Source: Epithemia pelagica (Eukaryota; Protista; Bacillariophyta). From it: a DNA stretch of 64,000 nucleotides. The position numbers and the translations under genes were made by a program. The stretch lies in contig OX337229.1 in assembly GCA_946965045.2 (NCBI GenBank), forward strand, positions 3,100,001 through 3,164,000. Direction: 5' to 3'. Below the pieces are notes generated by a model. It did no database searches. It was not told the DNA's origin and saw only the letters and a program-made list of their open reading frames with translations. Position 1 is the stretch's first letter. Every line of letters starts with the position of its first letter. Positions 51,101-60,152 of the stretch are shown piece by piece.

Positions 51101-51566
51101 CCTGTTCCACCTTCGGAGAAGGAAACTCTGGAGCACGAGACACACGGTCCTGGCATCTATGAGAGGGACTATCATGAACACTGGGCGAGTTGGCACTTTT
51201 AGCGGAATACAAGCCAGGTGAATATGCTGGAGAGGAAGGTGTACTAGATGGTTTCTTTCTCCATGCAGGACTCTTCTTTGTCCCAGACTTTGCTCCCCAC
51301 ATATCTCTCAAGTTATTGAAGCTTGGACTTGGTGGTGCCCGTTCTTCGGAATCCTCGCGGTCCTCATTGCTGGCGACAAAAGGTTTGCGTTTCGTCGGTG
51401 ACCCGAACTTTGGCGGGGGAGATGGTGAACCGAATCTTGGAGGCTGCGATGCCGTGGTGCGATTATGTTGTTTCTTGAATGCATTTTCAAAGAATGCTGT
51501 CTTCGCTTTGATCGGGCTGGGAGCACCGGGACCCGGGCTCATTGACTCTTCTGCCGTCAAGCCCAT
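48138..51566 (-). CDS. Large acidic intrinsically disordered protein ending in a CaaX box (CTIM)
   Basis: 1,142-aa ORF rich in E/S/D/T/P; terminates TGC ACT ATC ATG TAA; 33-bp tandem duplication at 50498-50563. Confidence 0.75.
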   Translation of the reverse strand: MGLTAEESMSPGPGAPSPIKAKTAFFENAFKKQHNRTTASQPPRFGSPSPPPKFGSPTKRKPFVASNEDREDSEERAPPSPSFNNLRDMWGAKSGTKKSPAWRKKPSSTPSSPAYSPGLYSAKSANSPSVHDSPSHRCQDRVSRAPEFPSPKVEQGSDNSISELVDTVDLAPKVAAPPQIVKQLDYSKDDMMQVNSLSNLTEQTPATQANHTDNTQVLSEQTPSASELADESRDLIDNMRQEEEKSDENDHVNETSKKETGVSLDKNNLSSDDSKSLLESSNEEESTKEESALETKEIVHSSTTKADSSQASEEVEDGTTAANCEENNVENSNIGLSDETDGPETVLSDETDGPETEKYTYDNEGKDDVRSEEDYPSDVVEVSDTQTECKDKSPQQVVMTDRNEKKTVSPEAGPLEQLSDVSPKDEELEAKGVEDMAESDSIRTPSPTNMTEASSESDDKESGSVHAVDQDIQLTSQEDREPIQDEMHYAIKPSDIKVNGGHVFFNAHPSKEKTWPVKETVARDSTSPPPYKEETRAVDEAQHALNSEEETLPEDAKVVPLKPSTQGSRFERTANASNRTAIIKKWLESSSESSSVNPPKDARDKGDDGEDTQPNTTEKTNHNLLEESLIVAQSPDGLRVEAVVKGTIENIDGHTEPTKQTGPMKKTMKTLAKISTDIHCQDDGQQVSPSTENQSVTDSQTQTPEQVQKESIDIPMVSPADTYRKASRFSKLVAKKESPRFRTSPLGRMPLTNKREPNDMPTHFEGTDTKNENPECFKSDTTLQEQKDEEPPATEGEAATSSSKGNSDVVPDAHTVMQMKSSGEDPVELRNQMLSGEEMDSGTDEQGIVTPSAKEHSAQLTRHIGEERRDDQEAGSNGEFVNESRKQRVDDVTSATLTEVNSSHRRVYQDSELTSNAENSNRDVPQKQDADLGSPIPKPRTSRAAEMTRHARRMAQKLREARELMAPYILENEKTELSQAESFVKRAIKKLEKERDETGKIESTGSDVMAESVTKDEQGEGIETEILKASETKKHQQVRSKSSGPSESPALLLSSKKVSNYTESHGDAACVSVLPKCSEPEKADRSKQAKIQNVELIHGGASDKKQDLILPHVEVSNDKNDVSGSLPSNEARCLGEDPCTIM

Positions 51567-51980
51567 TTCGATCGGTTGTTGCGAGTATCGATCTCTCTAA
51601 TGACAAAATCGGGCGATACGGAAATCAAAATGTGTCACGCAAGCGAAAAGAGCGCACCCGACGAGCGACAAGCATGATTGATCACTCGCCATCGGTACCT
51701 AAACAGGACTTTCTATTACATTGTTATATGAGGAGGAACGTTAACGTCGCTAACTTTACAGCGGTTATAATACTAAATACTTGTGGAGTATGAGCATGCG
51801 CGCTCCTTCTTTCATAAGTTACTCATAAGCTCCACATGTGCTGCGATACTACTTTTGGTCTTTATCGTGACAAAAGAGCGCACGGCGATCGACTCCGATT
51901 GACATGAGGGCTACTCTCACACTTTTCCCACTCCGTCTTTTAACCGATATGTGGCCCATTATCCGTCAGTTTGTTTTAAC

Positions 51981-53309
51981 ATGGTTGAGCTACGGCGGGT
52001 AGTGGTCACTGGTCTAGGGGCAGTCAACCCTCTAGGCTGCACTGTGGCAGATTCATGGCAAGCACTCCTTCACAAAAAATCTGGACTTTGTAGTTTGAAG
52101 GAAGCACTTGAAAATCAAAACCTTTCGGAAGAATCCATAGAACATGAATTGAAATTATCGAGTGATCTACCGTGCCAAGTTGCCGCTGCAGTGCGCGGAT
52201 CAATGCAGAAAAGAGAAAATCGTACATCACGCAATGTTGAGTTTGCCTTGTTGGCTGGACATGAGGCCATGTGTCATTCCGGGCTACATGAATGGCTGCC
52301 TTCCCAGCGTGAGGAATGTAACCGAAAACATGAGATAGACAGAAGAATTGGTGTTTCAATGGGATGTGGAATGACCAGTCTTCGAGATATTTCCAACTCG
52401 TATTACACATTAATGAACGCAGGCTACAGGAAAATTAGCCCTCACTTTGTTCCCAAATCTTTGACAAATGCGGCGTCAGGTCGTTTGTCGATTGAGTACG
52501 GGCTGCAAGGTCCAAACTGTACAGCTTCTACTGCATGTGCTGCTGGAAGCCATGCTATTGGAGACGCTTTTCGACTCATCCAACAGAACGCGGCAGATGT
52601 TATGCTCGCAGGGGGATCCGAAGCCTGCATTGAGCCCGTAGGTATTGCCGGTTTTTGTAGACTTCGCGCTCTGTCCACAGCTTACAATGACGATCCAGTG
52701 AAAGCAAGCCGTCCTTTTGACGCACAAAGAGACGGATTCGTCATGGGGGAAGGAGCAGCTGTCTTGGTATTAGAAGAGATGGAACATGCAAAGGCTCGCG
52801 GTGCTCCGCTCTTGGCTGAAGTAACAGGGTATGGATTGGCCGGCGATGGGCATCATATAACGGCTCCAGATCCATATGGCAAGGGGGCAGAATACGCCAT
52901 GAGAATGGCTTTGGGGTTTGACGAAACAATGGGTGCCCGCGTGGACTACGTGAACGCTCATGCCACCTCGACACCAGTGGGAGACGAGATCGAGGCGAAT
53001 GTTATTGATCGAGTGCTGTACGAAACAACAAAGAGAGAAACCGGGACTCATGCATTTGTAAGCAGCACCAAAGGATCAACTGGCCACTTATTGGGTGCTG
53101 CGGGTGCAATTGAATCTATCTTCGCGATTCAAGCAATCGTGGATCAAAAGATACCACCTACTCTTAATCTTGAAACTATTCAGGAAAAGACTCGCTTTCA
53201 ACACGTTGAGTCCACACTGACGAATCAAGAGGTAAATGTTGCGATGAACAATAGTTTTGGCTTTGGTGGAACCAACGCCTCGTTGGTCTTTGAGCGAATA
53301 CATGAATAG
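51981..53309 (+). CDS. fabF: 3-oxoacyl-ACP synthase II (KAS II/FabF, mitochondrial OXSM-like)
   Basis: RRVVVTGLG, STACAAG (catalytic Cys), NAHATST, STKGSTGHLLGAAG, NSFGFGGTN. Confidence 0.95.
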   Translation: MVELRRVVVTGLGAVNPLGCTVADSWQALLHKKSGLCSLKEALENQNLSEESIEHELKLSSDLPCQVAAAVRGSMQKRENRTSRNVEFALLAGHEAMCHSGLHEWLPSQREECNRKHEIDRRIGVSMGCGMTSLRDISNSYYTLMNAGYRKISPHFVPKSLTNAASGRLSIEYGLQGPNCTASTACAAGSHAIGDAFRLIQQNAADVMLAGGSEACIEPVGIAGFCRLRALSTAYNDDPVKASRPFDAQRDGFVMGEGAAVLVLEEMEHAKARGAPLLAEVTGYGLAGDGHHITAPDPYGKGAEYAMRMALGFDETMGARVDYVNAHATSTPVGDEIEANVIDRVLYETTKRETGTHAFVSSTKGSTGHLLGAAGAIESIFAIQAIVDQKIPPTLNLETIQEKTRFQHVESTLTNQEVNVAMNNSFGFGGTNASLVFERIHE

Positions 53310-53315
53310 TTCTCT

Positions 53316-54794
53316 CTAGCTCTTTGCATGCCTTTTCCTCTTGGTAAATGCTCTACTCAAAACTTTTGAAACCGAGAGCTTGAGTTCTTTCCGCTTGTTT
53401 GTCGGAGAGTTCTCTGAATCCTTTTCGTTATGCGTATTTTTCTCTATGGGGTTTCCATCTTGTTTGAGTGCCTTTTGAGCTCCGGACTCGTTTTCAAATG
53501 TCAAAATAGCCTGTCCTTTGCATCGACGAGAATCATCGAAAGTGATTAGTTTGCAAGAGAGAATTTTGCCACATGAGCCTGTAAACAACTTGGCCACGTC
53601 CTCCTTCGTCACGTCAAACGGCAAACCGGAAACAAAAATCTTTCGTGAGTCTGGGTTTGTGACACCTTTATCATTCTGTTTCTTCGATACGGCGTTGCTC
53701 CCGCGCCTTGTTATCTTAGAAGGACAGTCGTAGATCCAATGTGGCGGTCGATGTTTGTTTTGACAAGCTTGACAAATATAGTCAGCCGGAACGGGTTTGC
53801 TACGCTTTCTCTTCTTAGGAGATGGACCCTCTCGTTCTGTAGATGTTTCTTCTTCCTTGTTTTTGCTGGGAGACGGAAAACCTTCAAAAGTGTCAGAATT
53901 TGTGTTGTCTTGGCCAGACTCAGGAAACGTTTTATTGGTATCGTCAAGATCGACATCGTCTTGTTCCTCTTCTCCCTGATCTTCCTCGTTCTCTTCATCT
54001 GTTTCTTCGTTACTTGGTTGGTTGTTTCCCTCGGGTTTCTTCTGATAAAGGATGCCCGCCAATTCATCTTCTTCTTCTCGGCGCATCTTTGCTTCCTCTC
54101 GTAGACGTTCTTGTTTTTCCTCTTCTGTTTCAATGGGATCCAGGCCTCGCGCCACGCGTTTTCGCATACGCCGGATCTGCAACTTTGTAAATGATATCCC
54201 ATGCTCGTCAACTTTTGGAACCAAATCCAGTAGGCGCTTTCGTTCCTCTCGGCGTGCCTTGCGCACTTCTTTTGCATTGTTTTGTGTTGTTGAAGTCGTC
54301 GTAGGAACGTCTTGTGTTGCGTCTGTCGTCTCTTTCCTAGTGTCGTCTTCGTTGTCCTCTTTATTGATGCCCCTCTTTTCATCTATCTCTTCCATCGAGG
54401 TCATGTTTGTCGTACTATCGTCAAGTTCTAGGATTTCCCCGCTCGTGGTATTTTCAGTGGAATTGGATTCACCCTTATCTTTCTTCATTTTCTTTTCTTT
54501 CTTTTTCGATTTCTTCTTCATCTTTTTCTCTTTGGATGGATGATTGTTGATCTTTTCCTTTCTCTCAGAGAGGTCCTCTCCCTGTTCGTCTTCAGTATTG
54601 GAGTACTCTTTCTCCTCTACAAGAAGGCTTATTGGGGCCTCATTTATTGGGGCCTCATTCGGCGTATCATCACCTATGGTCGCGCTGTCGCTATCATCGA
54701 CGTATGTCTTCTTCTTCTTTTTCTTGGGCTTTACATCCTCCGTTTGCTTCTCTTCTCCTTTGGATCTTTTCTTCTTTGATTTCTTTTCTGACAT
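53316..54794 (-). CDS. Nucleolar-type RNA-binding protein (Lys/acidic tracts, zinc knuckle, RRM)
   Basis: CQACQNKHRPPHWIYDC knuckle; RRM with KIFVSGLP (RNP2) and KGQAILTF (RNP1). Confidence 0.8.
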   Translation of the reverse strand: MSEKKSKKKRSKGEEKQTEDVKPKKKKKKTYVDDSDSATIGDDTPNEAPINEAPISLLVEEKEYSNTEDEQGEDLSERKEKINNHPSKEKKMKKKSKKKEKKMKKDKGESNSTENTTSGEILELDDSTTNMTSMEEIDEKRGINKEDNEDDTRKETTDATQDVPTTTSTTQNNAKEVRKARREERKRLLDLVPKVDEHGISFTKLQIRRMRKRVARGLDPIETEEEKQERLREEAKMRREEEDELAGILYQKKPEGNNQPSNEETDEENEEDQGEEEQDDVDLDDTNKTFPESGQDNTNSDTFEGFPSPSKNKEEETSTEREGPSPKKRKRSKPVPADYICQACQNKHRPPHWIYDCPSKITRRGSNAVSKKQNDKGVTNPDSRKIFVSGLPFDVTKEDVAKLFTGSCGKILSCKLITFDDSRRCKGQAILTFENESGAQKALKQDGNPIEKNTHNEKDSENSPTNKRKELKLSVSKVLSRAFTKRKRHAKS

Positions 54795-55026
54795 CCTTGG
54801 TGTGTTCCGTTGTGCCGCTAACGACGTCGTAAGGTTAATCCGAGACAAGATTTAGATGAGAAAAAGGGTTGGTTGACAACAGTGGACCATCCGACGACGG
54901 CAAGACCGTCATGAACCTCCACTAACCACACAACCACGAGAAAGCAAAAATTTTTCTCATTCAAATCGAGTGAATGTAACCAAAGCTATTCCTTCTTGGT
55001 GAAGCAGACGGCGGCGAGGGGACTCG

Positions 55027-57684
55027 ATGAAAACTAAGAAAAAGAATTCGTTCCGGAGTCATGTGGAAAACGAAACAGGAAGCGACAAAAAGGAGAAGCC
55101 ATTGTCGGTAGAGGAATCTGCTGTGATGGGGGATCAGGACGACGACGACGAACAACAACCACGCTTGAAACTACCATTCAAAGCAACTCCGAAAGAACCA
55201 GAAAGCACCAGCACTACCCCTCCTGCCACAACAACATTGTCAAAGCGTCAGAGACGAAAGCAAGTAAACAACAAGAATTTGTGGCCGCAACAACCCCGCA
55301 TCTCGTCTTCGGAGGCACGAGCCAAGGCGTACTTGCGTGTGTCGGGGTTGACGCAAGCTCCCAAAGATCACATTCCGCCACAAGACGATTTGCACAGTCC
55401 AGAAGTTCGTTTTTGTCGTTTCTTGGGCAGCCCCGATCAACGAGTTCGCCATCAAGCCGTCCTGAAACTACAGGCCTATCTCAAGGCACGGTGTGACATT
55501 TCCGACGACACGGTCGGTATTTCCGAACTCGATCTCCTGCGACTATGGAAGGGGCTGTGGCACACTCTCTATATGGCTGATAAAGCTCCGGTGCAAGAAG
55601 AGTTGAGTGAAAAATTGGCCTCTTTGATCTGGTGTGTTGCCGGTACAGAGGAAGAGGATGAGTATGCAGGACAAGCATACATGAACTTGTTTGGAGACTT
55701 GATGGATGATGATGATGATGATGATAGCGACGACGTCGAAGACGAGGATGACATTGAAGAAGGAATGAACGATGAAATTGAAGAAGACCCTGATGAAGAT
55801 CTAGAGGGTGGTAGTGGAAGCGAGGAAGATGATGAAGATGTCGTAATACAACGTGTTTTTCGTAGATTCGATGATGGTAGTGAACAAGACATGATGAACG
55901 ACGACAGTGAAGAGGACGAGGACCAAGAAGAACGCGCCATTATCGAAGACGGATCATCAGCAGACGAAGATGACACACCCACCGAGTCCGAAATGCACCA
56001 TTGTCGGGGTGCACATCTGGCTTCTTTATTTTTGAGAACGTTTCTTGTGACTGTTCGCCGTGAATGGGGGAAAATGGACAAGTATCGCGTGGACAAGATT
56101 TACATGTTGGTTCGCTGCATCATGCATCAAGTTTACAAGTACATGAGTTTACGACACTGGAATCTAGGTATCATCGCTCTCTTCAACGACGCAATCAATG
56201 ACGAGGCATTGTCCAAGACGCCGAACGGACTACGCTATCATCTCATTGACTTAACACTGGAAGAATTGGCAGCAGTCCAGTCAAAAGCGCCCATGCCTCT
56301 GACAGAGGCGACCTTCATAGATTGCTTGGATCCCTATATTGCCTTGGCACAGTGGGGGATGGGCGACGACAGCGTCCAAAAACGAGCTTTGGAGAATATT
56401 CTGGAGAAGTTTCTCCTCAAATATAGCATTGTCAGCGACGTCGCGGCGAGCAAAAATGATGATGACGAAAACAAAGAAGCAAAAAGCTTAGTCATGGACC
56501 AAGTCCACGTCGGAACTGTCGCTGAGTTTATTTTTTCAATTGCCAGTGACCCTGAAACTCCGGATTCCTACCGCAAGTCTTTGTATGACCTTCATAAAGC
56601 TTACATGCGACGGCTGAAATCGGTTGGGCGGGACGTTGATCTACAATCGTCCTTGCAAATGGCTGATGACGAATATGACGAATACGACGAACATGATACG
56701 GCTATGGAAGAAGATTTGGATCAAGAAGCCCCTGATCATGAGCAAGCGGAGAGCATTCAGAAGCTCAGAAAGTTTGACAAGCAATCTGGTGACAGAGAGA
56801 ATACTGAAACCAACAAAGGAGATGGACATGCAACAAATGAAGCCAGCGATGACAACATCACTCCTGACAATACGACATGCAAACGACAGCTATTCGAATC
56901 GCGTTCAGATGTAGATGAAGGAAAAACAGCAGAGCAAAGGAAACGGGCAAAAAAGAAGAAAAAGAAAAAGAACAATGGCGAAGAGGTATCAACAGGTCCT
57001 GATCGTAAGAATGAAAATTCCACGGGCTCAACGGATGATGGAGGAAATGAGAACGGCAAAGGTTTACCCAGAACTATGGACCAGAATACACCAAAATCGA
57101 ACTTGGCGGACGCAGACGAGGGATCCGATTCTGTCCAAGCATCTGACACTGGTAATGAGAGAAATCTCGAAAAGAAGAAAAAGAAAAAGAAGAAACGCTC
57201 CTCGACTGAGAGTGACATACCAGAGGGCGAAAGGTCTGATCCGAAAGATCCGAAGGGCGTTGCGGAAATGGGGAAGCAAAAAAAGTCAAAGTCTGAGTCT
57301 TCGAAGAGCAGTGCGTCCCTTGCGAATGGCGATGAAGAAGAACTTGTAATATCGGTCAAGGAGCAAAAGAAAGCAATATCTGCCATGAATGCGGCAAAAA
57401 GTAAAGCAAACGGCTCAAACGACGCCCATCCAAAGGACAACAAAACCGGAAAGCGTACACACGAAGAACAGTCACCCGAATCCTCGAAACGCGTCAAGTT
57501 TGGATCTGTCAACTTCGCCAGATCATGGAAGGCGTCGATGAAAGCTTTGCGTTCATCCAATCCTTCAACTCCGCCTGCCGCTCCTGACCAAAGTATTCTT
57601 CTGAACAAGTCCAGCACAAGCCGTTTGAAGAGTACGGCTTCAACGGGCAAGCAACGCCGCAAGAGAGCCAAGGACTACTTCTAG
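55027..57684 (+). CDS. RRP1: Ribosomal RNA processing protein 1 (Nop52 domain)
   Basis: LGSPDQRVRHQA, LLRLWKGLWHTLYMADK..VQEEL, REWGKMDKYRVDKIYMLVR. Confidence 0.9.
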   Translation: MKTKKKNSFRSHVENETGSDKKEKPLSVEESAVMGDQDDDDEQQPRLKLPFKATPKEPESTSTTPPATTTLSKRQRRKQVNNKNLWPQQPRISSSEARAKAYLRVSGLTQAPKDHIPPQDDLHSPEVRFCRFLGSPDQRVRHQAVLKLQAYLKARCDISDDTVGISELDLLRLWKGLWHTLYMADKAPVQEELSEKLASLIWCVAGTEEEDEYAGQAYMNLFGDLMDDDDDDDSDDVEDEDDIEEGMNDEIEEDPDEDLEGGSGSEEDDEDVVIQRVFRRFDDGSEQDMMNDDSEEDEDQEERAIIEDGSSADEDDTPTESEMHHCRGAHLASLFLRTFLVTVRREWGKMDKYRVDKIYMLVRCIMHQVYKYMSLRHWNLGIIALFNDAINDEALSKTPNGLRYHLIDLTLEELAAVQSKAPMPLTEATFIDCLDPYIALAQWGMGDDSVQKRALENILEKFLLKYSIVSDVAASKNDDDENKEAKSLVMDQVHVGTVAEFIFSIASDPETPDSYRKSLYDLHKAYMRRLKSVGRDVDLQSSLQMADDEYDEYDEHDTAMEEDLDQEAPDHEQAESIQKLRKFDKQSGDRENTETNKGDGHATNEASDDNITPDNTTCKRQLFESRSDVDEGKTAEQRKRAKKKKKKKNNGEEVSTGPDRKNENSTGSTDDGGNENGKGLPRTMDQNTPKSNLADADEGSDSVQASDTGNERNLEKKKKKKKKRSSTESDIPEGERSDPKDPKGVAEMGKQKKSKSESSKSSASLANGDEEELVISVKEQKKAISAMNAAKSKANGSNDAHPKDNKTGKRTHEEQSPESSKRVKFGSVNFARSWKASMKALRSSNPSTPPAAPDQSILLNKSSTSRLKSTASTGKQRRKRAKDYF

Positions 57685-57832
57685 TAGGTAGAAACGCTGT
57701 GATTTGAGTGAAACATGCAATGACTTATATCTTATTACATGTAGGGTGTGTAATGTGAACACTGACGATGGAGGCGTCGAAAATCCAATTTTCGCGCTCA
57801 GTTCGCCATGAATGAAACTGGTAAGAAGCCAT

Positions 57833-59824
57833 CTATAAGCGAGGCGCGAGTTTGACACTAAACTCAGAGGTTTCTGTCTGTTGGTCTAAATCGATGCTCA
57901 AACGTTCTTCACGTCGAATAGGAAGAGGAGTTTGAGAAATGACCATCGTGCTGTTCGAGACAGAGGTAAACTCGCGAATCTCCTCCACCCACCGGTGGAA
58001 TGCCTGGCTGAACCGTCGGTTCTTCGCCTTACTTCGGCAGTAAACGCGTATGATACGCTGCTGTTGCGTAATGGGCGTCTGGGCTTTGTAGTGTGCAATG
58101 TCCGGTCTATGCGCAATGGGTAAATCACTAAGATTAGGGACCTTGAGCTTCCGAGCCATTGCTGCACCGGATACCACGCGAATGTTTTCGATAGGATTTC
58201 GATCTTTTTGTCCGCGGTGCATGGTAAACTTGTCAATTAGAACATCTTCGCGAACAATGCAATCGTCCCCAAAGGTGGGAATGTCGTCTTCAGGATCTTC
58301 CGCCTCTATCGTATAATCATCAAAGTTTTCCGCAAAGCGAACAAATTGTTCCTCGATCTCTTCATCCGGAAGGTCCCAGAGGTATTTGTCAGATTTCACG
58401 TTTTCGTCGATATCCTGCCAAAAGATGCATTTGTACTTATCGCGAATAAGGAACCTGCCGGCAAGATGCGATGCTCCTTCCATATTGGGGTCGTCTGAAT
58501 TAGCAATCTCTTCGATCACCGAATCGCGAAGTCGAATAAATGCACGGCTATCCGTTATTGCGCGACTGATTGGGAGTGAGGGAAACGAGGCTTCCGACAG
58601 GTTCTTCTCCCTGGCATATGGGGAAGCCTTCAAACGAAAATAGGGATCAGCCTTGCAAAGAATATCACATACCATATGACCCAATCCTCTCGTTGTCTTG
58701 TGGTAGTAGATGGTAGAATGTAGCTCAAATCTACGATTGAAAAAGTTGATGGTTGCCTTGGTCATTTTGTCTGGAAAGCAAATCATAAGATGTTTTCCAC
58801 AATGAGGCCTTGTGCGGTCGCGGCAGATCTCACAGGAACCCTCCTTCGTCGTGCAATCCCCCCAAGCAACGACTGCTTCTTCCACAACAACTTCGTCGAT
58901 TCGTCCGTCCCCGTAACATCGTTTCGCGTCTCGGGCAAAATAATCGATCTTGTCAACGTCCAACCCAGAGTGTCGGTTGGCAACAATATCATACATCCAT
59001 TCTTTCTCCCAGCCAGGTCTACCAATGAAACCTTTCATACCAAGAGCACCGCAAATATGTGGAATTGGTTTGCCCCAGATGCATTCCTTCACGAAAACTA
59101 AGTCACGCGACGTCAGAATTTGCCCATCGTTCTCATAAGAATGCATACTAGTAGCATCGACACCGCCGACGTCACCAATCTCCTTCAAAGGACCATCCAA
59201 ATTATCAAGATCAATTGAAAGTCCAAGACTCGCCAGGCATTCATCAATCAAGAGAAGGGACATTTCCTCGTGACCATAGTTTCTGGGAACCAAGGGAAAG
59301 TCCTGATAGAGGGCTTGAGTTTCCTCGTCAAGAGTCTTGAAGTACAAGGGAAATCGTTCTTTCACGAAAACCTCGAAAACGTGCGAAAAGGGTCCATGAC
59401 CAAGATCGTGAAAAAGACCTGCAAGCTTGAGACACAGGATATCGACGGAAGAGCAGGGCAGGGACGGTTGGCGGCTCTTGATTCCTTCGCATACGCGTTG
59501 GGCAAGTCGGGCCACTCCGATGGAATGTTCGAACCGTGAGTGGTTTGCACACATGTATACATTGTTAGAATTTCCAAGTTGTTTCAAATATCGAAGTCGC
59601 TGGAATGGTGGAGTATCAATCACTGCTTTCATTACTGGGCAGAACCGTATCGTTCCGTGGATTTCATCGTTAGTTCTGGAATCTTCCGGTTCGAGCTTTC
59701 TTCGTCTCACAGCAGCAACACCAGCCCTACCAAAAGTTCCACGGCTCTTCTTGGAAGAGTCTAGTACGAGATTATGATGATTGTCCAACTCTGTGATGTC
59801 GCGTTTCATGGTTGAATTGTTCAT
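57833..59824 (-). CDS. SAMHD1-like HD-domain dNTP triphosphohydrolase, paralog A
   Basis: IDTPPFQRLRYLKQLG, HSRFEHSIGV, LFHDLGHGPFSH, DVDKIDY, R..LHSTIYYHKT; no SAM domain. Confidence 0.9.
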   Translation of the reverse strand: MNNSTMKRDITELDNHHNLVLDSSKKSRGTFGRAGVAAVRRRKLEPEDSRTNDEIHGTIRFCPVMKAVIDTPPFQRLRYLKQLGNSNNVYMCANHSRFEHSIGVARLAQRVCEGIKSRQPSLPCSSVDILCLKLAGLFHDLGHGPFSHVFEVFVKERFPLYFKTLDEETQALYQDFPLVPRNYGHEEMSLLLIDECLASLGLSIDLDNLDGPLKEIGDVGGVDATSMHSYENDGQILTSRDLVFVKECIWGKPIPHICGALGMKGFIGRPGWEKEWMYDIVANRHSGLDVDKIDYFARDAKRCYGDGRIDEVVVEEAVVAWGDCTTKEGSCEICRDRTRPHCGKHLMICFPDKMTKATINFFNRRFELHSTIYYHKTTRGLGHMVCDILCKADPYFRLKASPYAREKNLSEASFPSLPISRAITDSRAFIRLRDSVIEEIANSDDPNMEGASHLAGRFLIRDKYKCIFWQDIDENVKSDKYLWDLPDEEIEEQFVRFAENFDDYTIEAEDPEDDIPTFGDDCIVREDVLIDKFTMHRGQKDRNPIENIRVVSGAAMARKLKVPNLSDLPIAHRPDIAHYKAQTPITQQQRIIRVYCRSKAKNRRFSQAFHRWVEEIREFTSVSNSTMVISQTPLPIRREERLSIDLDQQTETSEFSVKLAPRL

Positions 59825-60152
59825 GGTCCAATAAGATGGTGAATCGGTGCAGGTCTGAGAAAAAGTATCTGAAAAACGAATGATGGCGGCACTTTTGCCT
59901 CCCACCAAGCAAAGTCGGTTCGCGTACTACGCGCCGGCCGTTTTAACCAGATAGATAAAAGAAATAACGTCTAAAACCGTCTCCGAGACCTGTGACATGA
60001 ATGTTTGGGCGCGCACGCGTTCTACTTGTAGAAGAGGTTTGGGTTTGGGGGTAGTATTGTAGGGGTAAGTACGTTTTCTCATTTCTCATCCCGACCTGTC
60101 GGTGTCAAAAAAGACCACATTTTTGCCGTTCTTGCGAAAACAGAAAACAACA

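Noticed and set aside
2641-53309. Malonyl-CoA decarboxylase and KAS II as a lipid gene cluster
   Set aside because: They are about 48 kb apart with unrelated genes between them, consistent with chance.
56757-57671. Long opposite-strand ORFs (also 36197-36961, 53711-54382 and others)
   Set aside because: These are shadow or alternative frames of low-complexity coding regions in well-supported genes; they have no motifs.
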